Below, piece by piece: positions 52,501 to 64,000 of a DNA stretch of 64,000 nt. Origin of the DNA: Phoronis australis (lineage: Eukaryota; Animalia; Phoronida). The notes under the pieces are model-generated. The model was not told where the DNA came from and did no database searches. It saw only the letters and a list, made by a program, of their open reading frames with translations. A program made the position numbers and the translations under genes. Positions within the stretch are counted from its first letter, which is position 1; the number at the start of each line of letters is the position of its first letter. Location of the stretch: positions 186,001-250,000 of the forward strand of contig NMRA01000541.1 of the NCBI GenBank assembly GCA_002633005.1, read 5' to 3'.

Positions 52501-55500
52501 AAGGAAAAACTTTGTGGTTACCACTCATTTTCTAATCTCCTCACTTTTGATGAATGCGCTCAGGTGCTGGAAGTCACTTGAGGTCAAAGGTCACATTTTT
52601 CGTTTTAGAGAAATGTACTACATTTTACTTCCATGTCTTGCCGTATCAAATAAAGATACGTGAATTGCATTGCAGGAGGAAAATCGACGAAGTGGCGAGC
52701 ACTTGACAGATCGTTTTTTTGAAATTTGAAACTAAAAGAAAATGATTTGATATCAACAAAAATTAAAAATCTTAACGAAAAAAAAACACCTAAAAATGCC
52801 TGGTGAGCAGGTTGAATTCTGTTTTAGTAGCAGAGAACCACTTTCAATATTGATAGTTAGTCTGTTTATCGCGTTCCAAGCCTCTTAAACCACCCATGCC
52901 CTGTTCTTTGTTGTTTGTCTGCTACGCTCTTCCTTTTTGGTGTAGGGCAGTCTAGAGCACAATGAAAAAGATTTTGAGAAGATGAAAATCTCGAGTTCGA
53001 GTCTGAGTTCAGAGTTTGTGGCGTCCCAGAACCTCAGGTAACCCATGTGTGCGCGTGGCTTATACATACATAAGAGATGGTTCCTGTCTGGGTACAAGTA
53101 CCGTCCTTAAACTACGACGCTGAAGAATATTGGATGCGCAGTTGTGTTATACTGGTGCATTTGTAGGATATGCTATTTAACAAGTCCTGTGAAGTTTGTT
53201 CAGCCAAAATTAGGGCGGTATTAAATTTTATCACTGCCGACGCGCCCTTTTCCTAGTTTCGTGGTAAATAGGAATGTGTCAATTCTTTCTTTACTTGTGA
53301 TTTATTATCCATCAATTTACATGTTGGCCAAACAAAACTGGAAGACCACTTTCAAAATATGCCACAAAAAACACTACAGGTGCACATTATTACTACCGAA
53401 TACGTGATGACGACAACTACACAAACGTCACAGTTGTATTCATGTTTGCGAATTCGTGAAGCCCCTGTAGGTGTTGCATGTCAAAGTTTGGGGCGTGCAG
53501 TGGGGAAGTGGTATTTTTTTATCTCGCCCCTCTACCAAGAACTACTCACACCGCCACTGAGAGCATACCTAAGCGTCAAAATCATAAGAATGCACTGACA
53601 GGGTAAATCTTAGAATCGCAATTAACAGCTAGTTTCTGGACCGTACAGTTCAACATTACAATAACAACCGTCGCTAGCCCAGTGAAGACTGTCATAATTA
53701 TCTCTACAACAAGGACCGTCTTATTAGCACAATTACCTGCGTAATTAAGGCTGACTTCATGTGAACATCAGGCAAAAGTGTGAGCATGACGCATCACAGA
53801 TTTTTGTTCACATCTTGAAAACCTTGGTGGAACGAGTTATAAGTAAAATATTCTTTAGTTTGAAAATTATCGGCTTCTGTAAAATCGTTCCTCTTTCCTT
53901 TTACGGATAAATTTTGATCGCCAATAACGCAAATTTCAGGCAAGCTTTACGTTTCTAGCATGAATCTTATCTGTCCTAGGTTAGTCAGAATACACAACAC
54001 TATTCAAAATTTCATTGCAAGTTCCTGATTTAAACACAGTTAAGACTTTACTCTTGAGGAGTTATAGTGGTGACAGTATAGGCTACTTTCAAAAATATGC
54101 TGCTACGCAGCGGCCAACATTCCACAGAATAAAGACATGCCACATTGGTGTATCAGTAAAGATTTCCGTGGATCTGAACTTTTGCACCCCGTGGCTACTT
54201 CACTCCTAAACATAACCACTATGGCCAACAATGTTTACTGGACGCGTTAACCCTAATTTTCACAATAAAATAATTAAAATTACTTATTCGTAGTTGAACA
54301 AACTTGAAATAGATAGTTCGCTTTACTAACCTGCTGGAGACAAAACCGATTTTTAGTGTTAAATCAACGTTCACAAATGTTTTTGCCAAAACGCACGACG
54401 CCATAATTATGATCAGCCATCGCTTGGAGAGCACACACCTGTAAAAGGCTGTGAACGAAAGCAGAATAGTACCATACATGGGATTTTCAAACACCTTAGA
54501 AGGTATACGGCTGAACGTCCTTACAAATGTGACCTGTACCGAGTGGAAAAAGATATACAAGATATTTCGTTTGTGCACCGTGTGAACACCTGAACAATTT
54601 AATTTTTTGACGCATGTTTTCATTCCACGCGTCTTCATGTTTCGTAAAGTCAAAATCAAGTGGCAATGTCCCACCTACTTCATTATCAATTAGAAACTTT
54701 CATCTTGACACAAGTTTCCCGTCTCCTTTACGCTCCCGCGTTGTGGCGTGAGATTACCGATTTCGGTGCCATGAACTCGGGTTACAGCCTTGTCCGTATC
54801 AGTTTGACAGTGATAGCACGGGGAGAAAGTTGGAAAACCATTGTTTACATAGTCCAGTTTTCTTATTGTTTCTGCTTTCAATCTGATAATCTCATTTTAT
54901 CCAGCGATTATGTTGTAAACAACGCGCCTGACGCTTACCTATATTTAAAGAATATTTTTTTCAAACGACGTTCACCAAATGTCGTGAATAAGATGTATTT
55001 TTATGAAATACAATTACCAAAAATTTTGAACTCGGAAAACCAATGGCTGTCAGAGAAATTAGACTTTAACTTTCAACAGCTGATTCCTTTAGGTGACTAA
55101 GTTCTGACCAGCTCACTACCACAGCATTGTGTTGGTCAGAGAGAATCCTACACGAACCTCGGAATTTTGACGAAATTTCCAAGAAGTTTTGCCCATCTCA
55201 TCAGTCTGAGAGGAGTGTAGGATCTGTTTTCTCACATGACTCGTAAAAACGATCTTTTTTTACGAAAAACTCGACGTGTCTAAAACTTTCAGCCTCATGA
55301 CCCAACTTTTGTAAAAACATGCTTGCTCAATGTAAAGTAATTCAGTTACTTTTTGTCAATAGTTTTATTTTTGTAAATTGCATTCAGCTTTCGTAGCAAA
55401 TATTAAAGTTAGAATCTAATAAATAGTCTTTGAAGTTGTAACATTAAAACTTAAAAAAATGTTTGTAAATAATAGTCAGCAAGGTTTCCCCGCGTGTGAG

Positions 55501-56369
55501 CACTGAATTGACCTTGAGACACCACAACTAGACAGTCTTGCCGCGTTTCTTGACTTGGGGGTCGTCTCCGTTTGAATTCCCCGCCGAAGATGGATCCTTT
55601 TAAGAAGTTGTTTGCACGTCCTTCCGACTGGGAGTACGTACAGTTGCGATACCATGTCATCTTCTCGACATTCCGGCATTGTTTGGTTGGCGCGCGTTTG
55701 TTTGTTTTAATGTTTTGCAGACTATAAAATGTAAGGCGTATGGATTTCTACCGTTCGCCCAGGTCATTAACCAGTCGTGTCCTAACACATTCCAGGTCAT
55801 GTGAGAAATGTTTATTCGAACTTGATTCTAGGTCAGATCGTGATGTTGGAAATGTCTTTGTCTTAACAGTTCAGGGTATCGCCCTTCAGATTGTCCGGGA
55901 ACGTGAAAAATGGTCTTTTTCTTTTTACCGAGTTCCCGCTGAGACACAAGATGACATCACTTCCGGGAATGTGGTAACTTATTTAACATTGACCCGTGAC
56001 CTCGTTTTACTTACTACCGGTTTGCAGATGACATCACTTCCGGACCAACCCTTGACCCGTTCCTGTAACATTTGAACGAGGTTCCACTGAAATGGGGATG
56101 TAAACGACTTACTATTCTACTAAACTTTGACCTGCGAAGCAAATAAGTCTGAAATCGTAGGACACGTCCCACTCATTGGTTATAAGTTCGAAAGAGTAAA
56201 ACTATAAACTTGTTTATTCTTATCTTGATTCCTTCAAGTTGCTAGGCTGCGAACAAAAATCATCTTTCACTAAGTGTTCAGTTCCATGAGTCATAAATAC
56301 TGTGAAGTGCGATCTGGAATCCAGTCGCTGCGTATTGATTACCGCGCAGTCCTGATAACGTAAGCCGCT

Positions 56370-57100
56370 AGTTTAACGTCCTAAATAACCCTGATGGCAC
56401 AGTCGTGGTTACAGACGGGCCGGGGAGGATCCTTACTGACCAGGGGCTACCTAATTTAGAGCGGGCGGAACCTCCCAATGAAACTAAACAGTCTCTCCCA
56501 CTGCCACTCGCGACGCATGGCCCTCTCGGTTTACGGCCACAAAGAGAGGTTATAACCCGATCGCCGAAAGCCGCTACTTCTCTGCGGATTTCTGCCGGGC
56601 GGGCAGCTCACGCCCTTTTAAAATTTGTCAGCTGGCCGGTGGGAGTGTGACTCCTCCTACGCCCTTCACCGTTGAAGTATGGTATGTAACTTTCTTCCGC
56701 CGTTGATTACTGACATCCAACACTATTTAATCCATAGCTGGGGGTTGGAATGATGAGTGCCAGAGCGTGTCCACTGACACGCCGGTGGATCATGCACACT
56801 GCACCTTTAGGGCTCCAACTTGCTCCAAGATCCTCTATGCAATTAAACTGGAGCCGCAAGGGTATCCAGTTTATGTGTGTTACCACGGAGAGGTAAAACA
56901 TAGAAGTCTTGGTGAGGGAGAGGCTTTGTACTGGCAGGGAAGGCTGACGCACTCGGCTGGTGGCAATACGGAGATGCAGCAAGAACTCGTATCAGGGGAA
57001 AAGATCGAAGAGTGTGTAACCAGCATGAACTTGGTTGCATCTCCAAATATACATTGCGTGCAATAGTACAAGGAGGAGGGACAGAGACTATCCCGGTGCC
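56370..57100 (-). mobile_element. Possible 3' fragment of an I/Nimb/Ingi-like LINE (or a SINE sharing its tail)
   Basis: GC-richer block; minus-strand LRIAT....S.PVQSL resembles I-group LR.ATGA.R.SPV.SL; ends in gacgttaaac. Weak. Confidence 0.35.
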
Positions 57101-57515
57101 TACCTTCTGACGTCACCACAGAAACAGAAACAGAAACAGAAAATACTGTTTTCAAATTCTACCCTAACGTTCACCCGTGCCTCCAGACTTTGTTTTACTC
57201 AATTCAACAAAATTTCACACAGCATTAAGGATCCTTGCAAAGGAAGTATGCTGCGTGGCGTAGCTCTCAATAATAAGTTGAGACGCCTTCAGATTTGTGG
57301 GTTGATAGAGAAAGAGCCTCTCCGTCTGATTGAAACAGCAGTAGAAACGTAGTTAGCTTTAATTGTTGATTATGTGAATGAAGTTTCTTTTATCAGGAGG
57401 TTGACACATAGATGATTAGTTTGAACGAAAAGTACAGGCTGAGAAATGACAAAAAAACACATAGACACTCAAAAGTATAGTTTCCTGTGCCTTTAACTAA
57501 AGCGTTATGTCATAC

Positions 57516-57670
57516 CTGTACGTATCTTCAGAAATGTTCACCTTGTTTGATACACCTGTGGTTTCTGTCCGACTGCTTAAGTTGACTGTGTTACCAAATA
57601 GGCAATATCTGGGAAGCTTCTTGCCTATGACCCCGGCTACTACCTCTCCAGAATGGACACCTATGGTTAA
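57516..57670 (-). CDS. GUCY1B1: sGC beta-like exon ([51 protein letters not shown])
   Basis: ttctag|TTA ACC ATA GGT...TAC AG|gtatg, 155 nt; canonical guanylate cyclase signature. Absent from the ORF track. Confidence 0.95.
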
Positions 57671-57690
57671 CTAGAAATGTGAATGGTTAA

Positions 57691-57971
57691 NNNNNNNNNN
57701 NNNNNNNNNNNNNNNNNNNNNNNNNNNNNNNNNNNNNNNNNNNNNNNNNNNNNNNNNNNNNNNNNNNNNNNNNNNNNNNNNNNNNNNNNNNNNNNNNNNN
57801 NNNNNNNNNNNNNNNNNNNNNNNNNNNNNNNNNNNNNNNNNNNNNNNNNNNNNNNNNNNNNNNNNNNNNNNNNNNNNNNNNNNNNNNNNNNNNNNNNNNN
57901 NNNNNNNNNNNNNNNNNNNNNNNNNNNNNNNNNNNNNNNNNNNNNNNNNNNNNNNNNNNNNNNNNNNNNNN
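57691..57971. other. Assembly gap (N)
   Basis: Run of N, 20 bp from an sGC acceptor site. Confidence 1.
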
Positions 57972-58153
57972 ATAATTTGTTCAGTCATTCTTAACTTGTT
58001 CATAAACTAAAATAAAAAATCTTGCCTCTCTCGTAGTTTCTGCTTACGAAGCATTACAAGAAGTTCACTCGGTCCTATTTTCCTATTCTTAGTTGCCTCA
58101 ACTGAACATGTATAATTAGCTTGCAAAAATACGACGTAAATAGCTTGTATCAT

Positions 58154-58880
58154 AAGGCCTTTTCATACTGACGTAAGCTCCGGTCTGAGCGGAGCGTCGA
58201 CGTAAACTGAGAAGTTAACTAAAACCGTTCATACCGGCTTCGGTAGTTGACGGACATCGAAGTAAACGGTAGGTGACGCTGTTGTCATATAAGTAATCGC
58301 AAGGTAGTGCTGCATGCTAAAGCTTTTTAATGTGACAATTTGAGAAAGTTTACATGTGCTAATTCACATAAACTTATTTTTAATTCAGTTGGTGATTAGG
58401 CCTATTCGTGCAAATTATAAGGAACTATTAGCGACGACATTATCCTTTAATTGTTGATGATAACATTGGCACCTGGCGATACCTTTTATGGGACCGAAGT
58501 TGATCGCTCATACTGCACCGCAGCGTCGACATTCCGCTGTTAAATCTACATGTTTACTGCGACGTTAAATGGCGCTGTTAACTTCGATCTAGGACCGAAG
58601 TTAACCGTTCATACTGACCACAACTCCCCAAAACATAGACGCGTCGACGTTAGTGTGAAAGTTATCGCCAGGTGCCACTGTTATCGTCAACAGTTGCATA
58701 TATTTTGCTCGAATAATCATCAATCTGATTAAAAATAAATTTTATGTCAATTACCACACGTGAATGTTCTCAAAACTGTCACATTAAACAAAATCTTAAC
58801 ATGCTTCACTAGCTTGCATTTACTTCGATTACAACAGCGTCATTTACCGTTGACTTCGACGTCCGTTAACTACCGAAGCC
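58154..58880. mobile_element. Harbinger-like foldback MITE, right end truncated
   Basis: TAA|GGCC.TTTCATACTG start; recurrent gttcatac(t/c)g motifs; diverged inverted arms ~58236-58460 versus ~58660-58880. Confidence 0.6.
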
Positions 58881-60171
58881 TTACTCTGTCTTCTGATGTA
58901 CTACGAACTCGCCACATTGGGATCGAAAAAACGACTTATCCGAGTGACGACTAGAATTTAAGTAGTCATTTTGACGACTTTTAAAGGGAAATACTGACTT
59001 AGCAATGGTGGCTGGCTATATCAATTTCCAGTTTAATCATAGATTTCTGATGATAAGAACGTGTAGTTTGATCAGTACAGATAAAGGCTGTTTTCGTCAC
59101 AATTTATGTTTCAAAAATAATTTCAGTGTAAATGTTTTTTGCCATCTACCATCAAACCCTACAATTAAGCAGATGCGCATATATGCGAAATAATGTTGTG
59201 TTGTTTCGCAAAATTGCTCTACTCAAATGTTTCGCCTGAGCTCCGTAGTTAGGCGTATGCGATTCCCATTGTAGGTACGTATTTATTGGCCGTATCTTTG
59301 TCCACTGCAGCACTCAGCAATAGAGTAATACAATGGTGCAAACTTATCACGATAAAGCATTCAAACAAAACATCAATCTGGACAAAATACATAATCAAAA
59401 AATACAACTTACCTGCGGAAGAATACATTCATTACACGAGAGACATAGTATGCGCATGCGTATACAGTACATATGCGCAATAATTAGCTTTTCCTTGTCA
59501 CTACGAGCGCTCTCTTGCATGAACTCAAGCTGTCACGATTATAATTGTCGCGTATATGCATGATATCATAGATCCAAGGACTTGCGCGTCAATGTCAGAA
59601 TCGACAGTTTCCGCTTTTGAGCGACGAGTTAGGCAAAAACGACGATTTAAATCGACGATTTTTACTGCGAACATTTAATGAGCGTATAATCGGAAACAAG
59701 AAGCAGCTTATCACATTGCAATTCCAGCACATATTCAATGGAATTCTCCGTTTTGACAGTCACATGATTTGTTCTGATTGAAGTTGGCACATGTGCAAGT
59801 ACAAAACACCTCCGGGGAAGAAGCCGAAATACCACAGGTGCTCTAGCAGACGCCCTCGGAAGAGATTCATTTCCTCTCACAGGGATCATTTCAGAAAAAA
59901 GTAGGCTATCAGTCAGTAGATGGCCTCAAATCTACTAATGGTCCAATTTTTCAGGACCTATGAATCACGTTATTCGAATGTCTGCCCTTTTTCAATTATA
60001 TATTTGGGAGTTGGCATTTAAATGTGCGTGTTTTCGTCTGCTGCATTATTAGTGAATTAGTTTGAACGGCTAACAGCATTTTAATTTAATGACATACACA
60101 AATCCACAGTTGGAATCTGCATTTTCGCAATATGCTCATCCCCTGCACAGAAACTATATTGCTTTAATTAC

Positions 60172-60318
60172 CGTCAAATGGTTCGCGTAGTCCATTTCGT
60201 TTTGAAGGCATGGAAGCTGTAGCATGTCTAATGCGAGTCTACAAACACATGGTGCGTGATCTTGGTAAGTCTCTGGTACTCCACATACTGTCATGTACTT
60301 ACTACCAGCTGTTTCAAC
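60172..60318 (-). CDS. GUCY1B1: sGC beta-like exon (VETAGSKYMTVCGVP...LALDM)
   Basis: acag|GTT GAA ACA...TTG ACG|gtaat, 147 nt, phase 0-0. Confidence 0.92.
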
Positions 60319-60768
60319 CTGTGTCAGAGTAAAGAACATTTGCTTCAAATCAGATTAAAAGAAATTATTAACCGGGACGGGAAGTTTTATTTTTGATTGT
60401 CTTTAGTTAGCGCCGGCCCGTCCCCCAAACTGGAAGGCTTTGATAGAAAAAGATAAAACTAGGCAACCCAGGCCGTCGGATTGGCTCTCGAAATTGTGCA
60501 ACAAGATTGTGAATGAAACAATATAAAAATTGTCCAAATGTTATTGAAAATCCCAATACAATTTACTTGAAGTCTGGGAAAATTCCACGATTCCGTTGAC
60601 ATCGAAGATATGTACTAAAAAGCAACGACTGGAAAACAATCGGCAGTGATGAGCGGCGCACCATAGGGGGCTGGGGGGGGGGGGNGGGGGGGGGGTTATA
60701 GCTGCGCTCCCATGCATAGGCCTCCCTGGGTTGGTTTATAAGCATACGTTATTATGTGTGCGAGTTAC

Positions 60769-61006
60769 CTTATAAATTTTCCTATGTCTGTCTTTTTCAA
60801 GAAGCTCGTCAAACTTTGTGAAGACAATGTTTAGTAAATTGACAACTTTCATAGCTCCCCCACTGTCAGAGTGTGTGGCACAGAACTCGGAGAAGCGAGT
60901 GATACCAGTGAACATGACTGTGACGCAGGCGAACTTTTTGGCGGGAACAGGTCGTTGGTGTCTCAGCTCAGAAGCCACTGGCGGAGGGAGTACAGAATAC
61001 ATAAGT
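60769..61006 (-). CDS. GUCY1B1: sGC beta-like exon (end of coiled coil, start of cyclase domain)
   Basis: tttcag|A CTT ATG TAT...TAT AAG|gtaac, 238 nt; FTGI instead of FSDI is the beta-subunit hallmark. Confidence 0.92.
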
Positions 61007-61097
61007 CTGAAAGAGCACGGTAGGCGGTACTTTGCATCGATATGCCACAGAGATTAAACTATCAGCGCCCAGAAGTATAAAACTTACACTTTTATGG

Positions 61098-62325
61098 TTG
61101 GCGCAGAGCGACATATTTCCGTTTTATGTCAGACATTAATATCCACCATTGTTCTATTTATATATGAAGTAAATGGTATTTATGTCTGACATAAGTCAGC
61201 CAATGAGTATTGTTGATACCTTTGTGAACGAACAAACTTCAAACACCGTCGTTGACATCACACATGAAAAACGACATGGTCCTTAAGACGCGCCATGTTT
61301 GCAAAGAAAGCATGGAGAATGTATCGACGATTCTCATTAGCTGACTAATTTCATTATAAATAAGAATTTTGTCATTTATAAGTAGACTAATTGCAGATAT
61401 TAAATTCATATCTGTCATTTAAGACTAATAAATAAAATGCCTCGAAATAAAAGAACCTCTTAGCCCATCTGTTATTAAAATCTTCGTATTACATTATTGT
61501 AAAACATTATTTTTTTTAATTTTTGAAATATTCAAAAGACTTCCCTGTTAAAGTAGGTCAAATTCGGAGTCGTGTTTTTAAGACGCTGCCGATGTATATG
61601 AAATTTTCCTAGACATATAAATACTTTAATTACGTCTTATCCTTCAATTTCCAACAAAAATATATCTAAATTTGACAGCTGTGAAGAGCTTCCGGTTTTG
61701 TTTATGATCCAATCATCAACTGAAATCCAAAAACACCTTGTTAAATAAGCAATTCCAATACAGATGGGTAACGTCCTCTAGCACTTCTTTACAAAATGTG
61801 CATAGATTTGTATCTTTAACTCCAATCTTATGTAAAAAATAAGTTTGTTGGTGTTAACCGATATACGAAAATAATCTGAAACCATCTCAATCCAGTATCA
61901 CTTGTAACTTGCAAAGAATAAGTATACGCCTTTCTCCACCAACCAGGAGATGCATCAGTAAGTGTACGCCTTTCTCCACCAATCAGGAGATGCATCAATA
62001 TCTAGGTCAGTTTCCCATTTATATTCATGTATAAGCTTTTTATAAATAGAACTAGTTAAATAAGAATATGTTTGTTTTTTCGCTAAACTTACAAGTAAAT
62101 TGGTTGGCATTAATCAATTGCGTACGATATTACTCGAAAAATATGTCAAACACAAATTAGTTTATGTAAGACATTAATATCTATGTCTCATGTAAATCTG
62201 ATATATGGTCTGACATAATTCGGATTCATGTCAGACCAAGTCGGATTTATATCAGACATAAGTCGGATTTAAGTCAGACAAAATTTGGGCTTATGTCAGA
62301 CATAAATTATTTGGCACTGCGCCAA
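61098..62325. mobile_element. Non-autonomous TIR element with subterminal tgtc(a/t)gacataa repeats
   Basis: TTGGCGCAG.GC...CTGCGCCAA imperfect TIR; clustered atgtcagacat motifs near both ends; internal 40-bp duplication at ~61919-61997; no TSD seen. Confidence 0.55.
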
Positions 62326-64000
62326 TGATAACTGTTGGATAACAACAATAACATGGTATTATTAAGCTTCTCGTTGCCAATGTTGAGAATGTGCTTGTTG
62401 TTGTCCAACAATCAAGTTATCCAGTCGATGCGTGTTGAGCTTGTCATCGCTTGTTGATTTCTGTAAAATTAATTAATGTTTCTATATGTCGCCATATTCT
62501 GACGGTCTGGCATAGATCCGAGAAAATGTGGCAACAGAAAACCGTAACATCCGTTTTGTCGAAGGAGACAAATTTGACGATTATTGGCAAAATTCTTCCA
62601 TGAGCTCATTTTTGTGTTGCATTTACAAGACTTTGTCATCTCTGCCTAATGACAAGACCTCTAGTCCATTTCAATGTTTTCCAAACCTGCTTACCCACAA
62701 ACTTTCCTTGCAGTCGTCTGATGAGACACAGTCTTTGGTTAAACAAATCTGGCGACTAGATTTCCCAGTGGGCGGAATCTCAAGCTTATGCAAGACCATA
62801 TCGACATGTGTATGCATATGCAATTAGCAAAACGTTTACTACAGACTTTAACTCTGTAAAGGTATGTTTTCTGTAAAGATAAACCTGTAGAATTTGATTT
62901 ATGACTTTTTACCAATCTATTATTAAGTGGTCACATGACTGTGTATTTTCAATAGAAAATTAGCAAAAACAAAGGCACGTTACTAAATTCAATTTAGAAA
63001 AGTATCGCAGTCTAAGTTATTCCGAGCACAGATTATGCCCACGGTTAGCTCTACATCGGCACTATACGATTTTCCTTAAAAGGGTTGGCTTGTTACCGAC
63101 TAGTTCACGGTAAGCTTTCACGTACTGACAAACGCTTATTAAACATTCACGGCAGATAGGACGTCTAAGTTGTGCTCTCTTCTGATCCGACGTGCCCTTT
63201 TATTGGAAATTTAGCGTATGTGCGCGAAACATTAGTTGTGCAGACGCAAATGTTGTAAGAAGACAGATCAGGCACATCCTATCTGTCGTTTTAGGAGTAG
63301 CTTAACGTCCATGTGCAAAGTACTGATATTCTGACCAATCACGTACGATCACCTCGTGGGAGTACAAAGTGGCTGATCTAGAATACCATAAGGGGGGGGC
63401 GACATGTTGTCTCGGGGAACCGGGCAAAGTGCGACGATTGTATGTGCAGCAGGCAATAAGTTGCGGAAGACGGGTATGTGAACCATCTGTTCCGAAAATA
63501 TACCGGTGGACTAAAAAAATGGGACCGCCGCGATCTGCGGCGCCCCCTTCTCCGCGTCCTAGTTGCTTTCTCAATATTTCCTCGCGCTTCACGCTCTTAC
63601 TCTTCCATTTTTGCTTGCGGAAGCCAAGGGGGGGCCCTGCCCCCCCTAAATCCGCCTATGGTACACGTAGGTTGTGATGCACAGACGCAAGAATCTCGCA
63701 AACTGTCGCCGTGTATTGCCGAGATTGTTGCATACAAAGAACGCAGCCGATCGCGGTCGTCAATGGAATGTAGGCTTAAAACAATGAAAAGTTAGATCTG
63801 TCGTATGATTTGAATTCGGAAGAAAAGAATGCTGACACATCCGTTTTTGATACGCATTAATATGNCTGACGGCAGACGGAGGTATTGAAATTATCCAATG
63901 ACGTCAATGGTTTCACACGCAGTCTGTTCAGCAGTTCACAACACGGGTTACCGGTGTCAGCTTATCGTTTGAATTCATCGTTTAACACCAATTAATCATC

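Larger units (their letters stand above)
47362..61006 (-). other. GUCY1B1: Gene span (3' part only): soluble guanylate cyclase beta-1-like subunit, catalytic-domain exons; H-NOX/PAS exons probably lie beyond the window end
   Basis: Four GT-AG exons with compatible phases encode [54 protein letters not shown]...[20 protein letters not shown] and RGSVNMKGKKKPM.CWILS. No upstream exon was recognised in 61007-64000. Confidence 0.88.

Noticed and set aside
58982-59930. Possible Kolobok-like element with a sixth THAP remnant (PRRCFVL)
   Set aside because: The right TIR/TTAA is degenerate and the downstream THAP residues cannot be recovered.
62690-62790. Minus-strand gtaag donor suggesting another sGC exon
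   Set aside because: No frame resembles the expected PAS or coiled-coil sequence (e.g. LE.EKKKTD).

Overview
AT-rich, repeat-dense animal (marine invertebrate-like; species cannot be determined) genomic DNA with two assembly gaps (26637-27057, 57691-57971). It holds two convergent spliced genes. (1) A complete + strand SLC16/monocarboxylate-transporter-family gene: coding exons 9738-9789, 13239-13382, 15621-15764, 37044-38123 and 39329-39531, giving 540 aa, with a ~21 kb third intron. (2) The 3' part of a - strand soluble guanylate cyclase beta-type gene: exons 61006-60769, 60318-60172, 57670-57516 and 47482-47362. The rest is a mosaic of decayed transposons: L2/CR1-group LINEs, a Gypsy pol fragment, a Penelope-like element, three Helentron-type non-autonomous elements (HINE/DINE-like), Tc1-mariner/pogo, Kolobok and P-type TIR elements, MITEs and minisatellites. 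Most other ORFs in the supplied track are spurious. The most notable observations are: co-oriented arrays of CTCF-consensus motifs in the HINE internal repeats; a pogo-like element carrying a HIRAN-like domain in place of a transposase; five THAP-only remnants; a candidate variant hammerhead ribozyme after the Penelope ORF; and a guanylate cyclase beta subunit lacking the usually conserved GDKY aspartate. All family assignments come from motif recognition by eye, not database searches.
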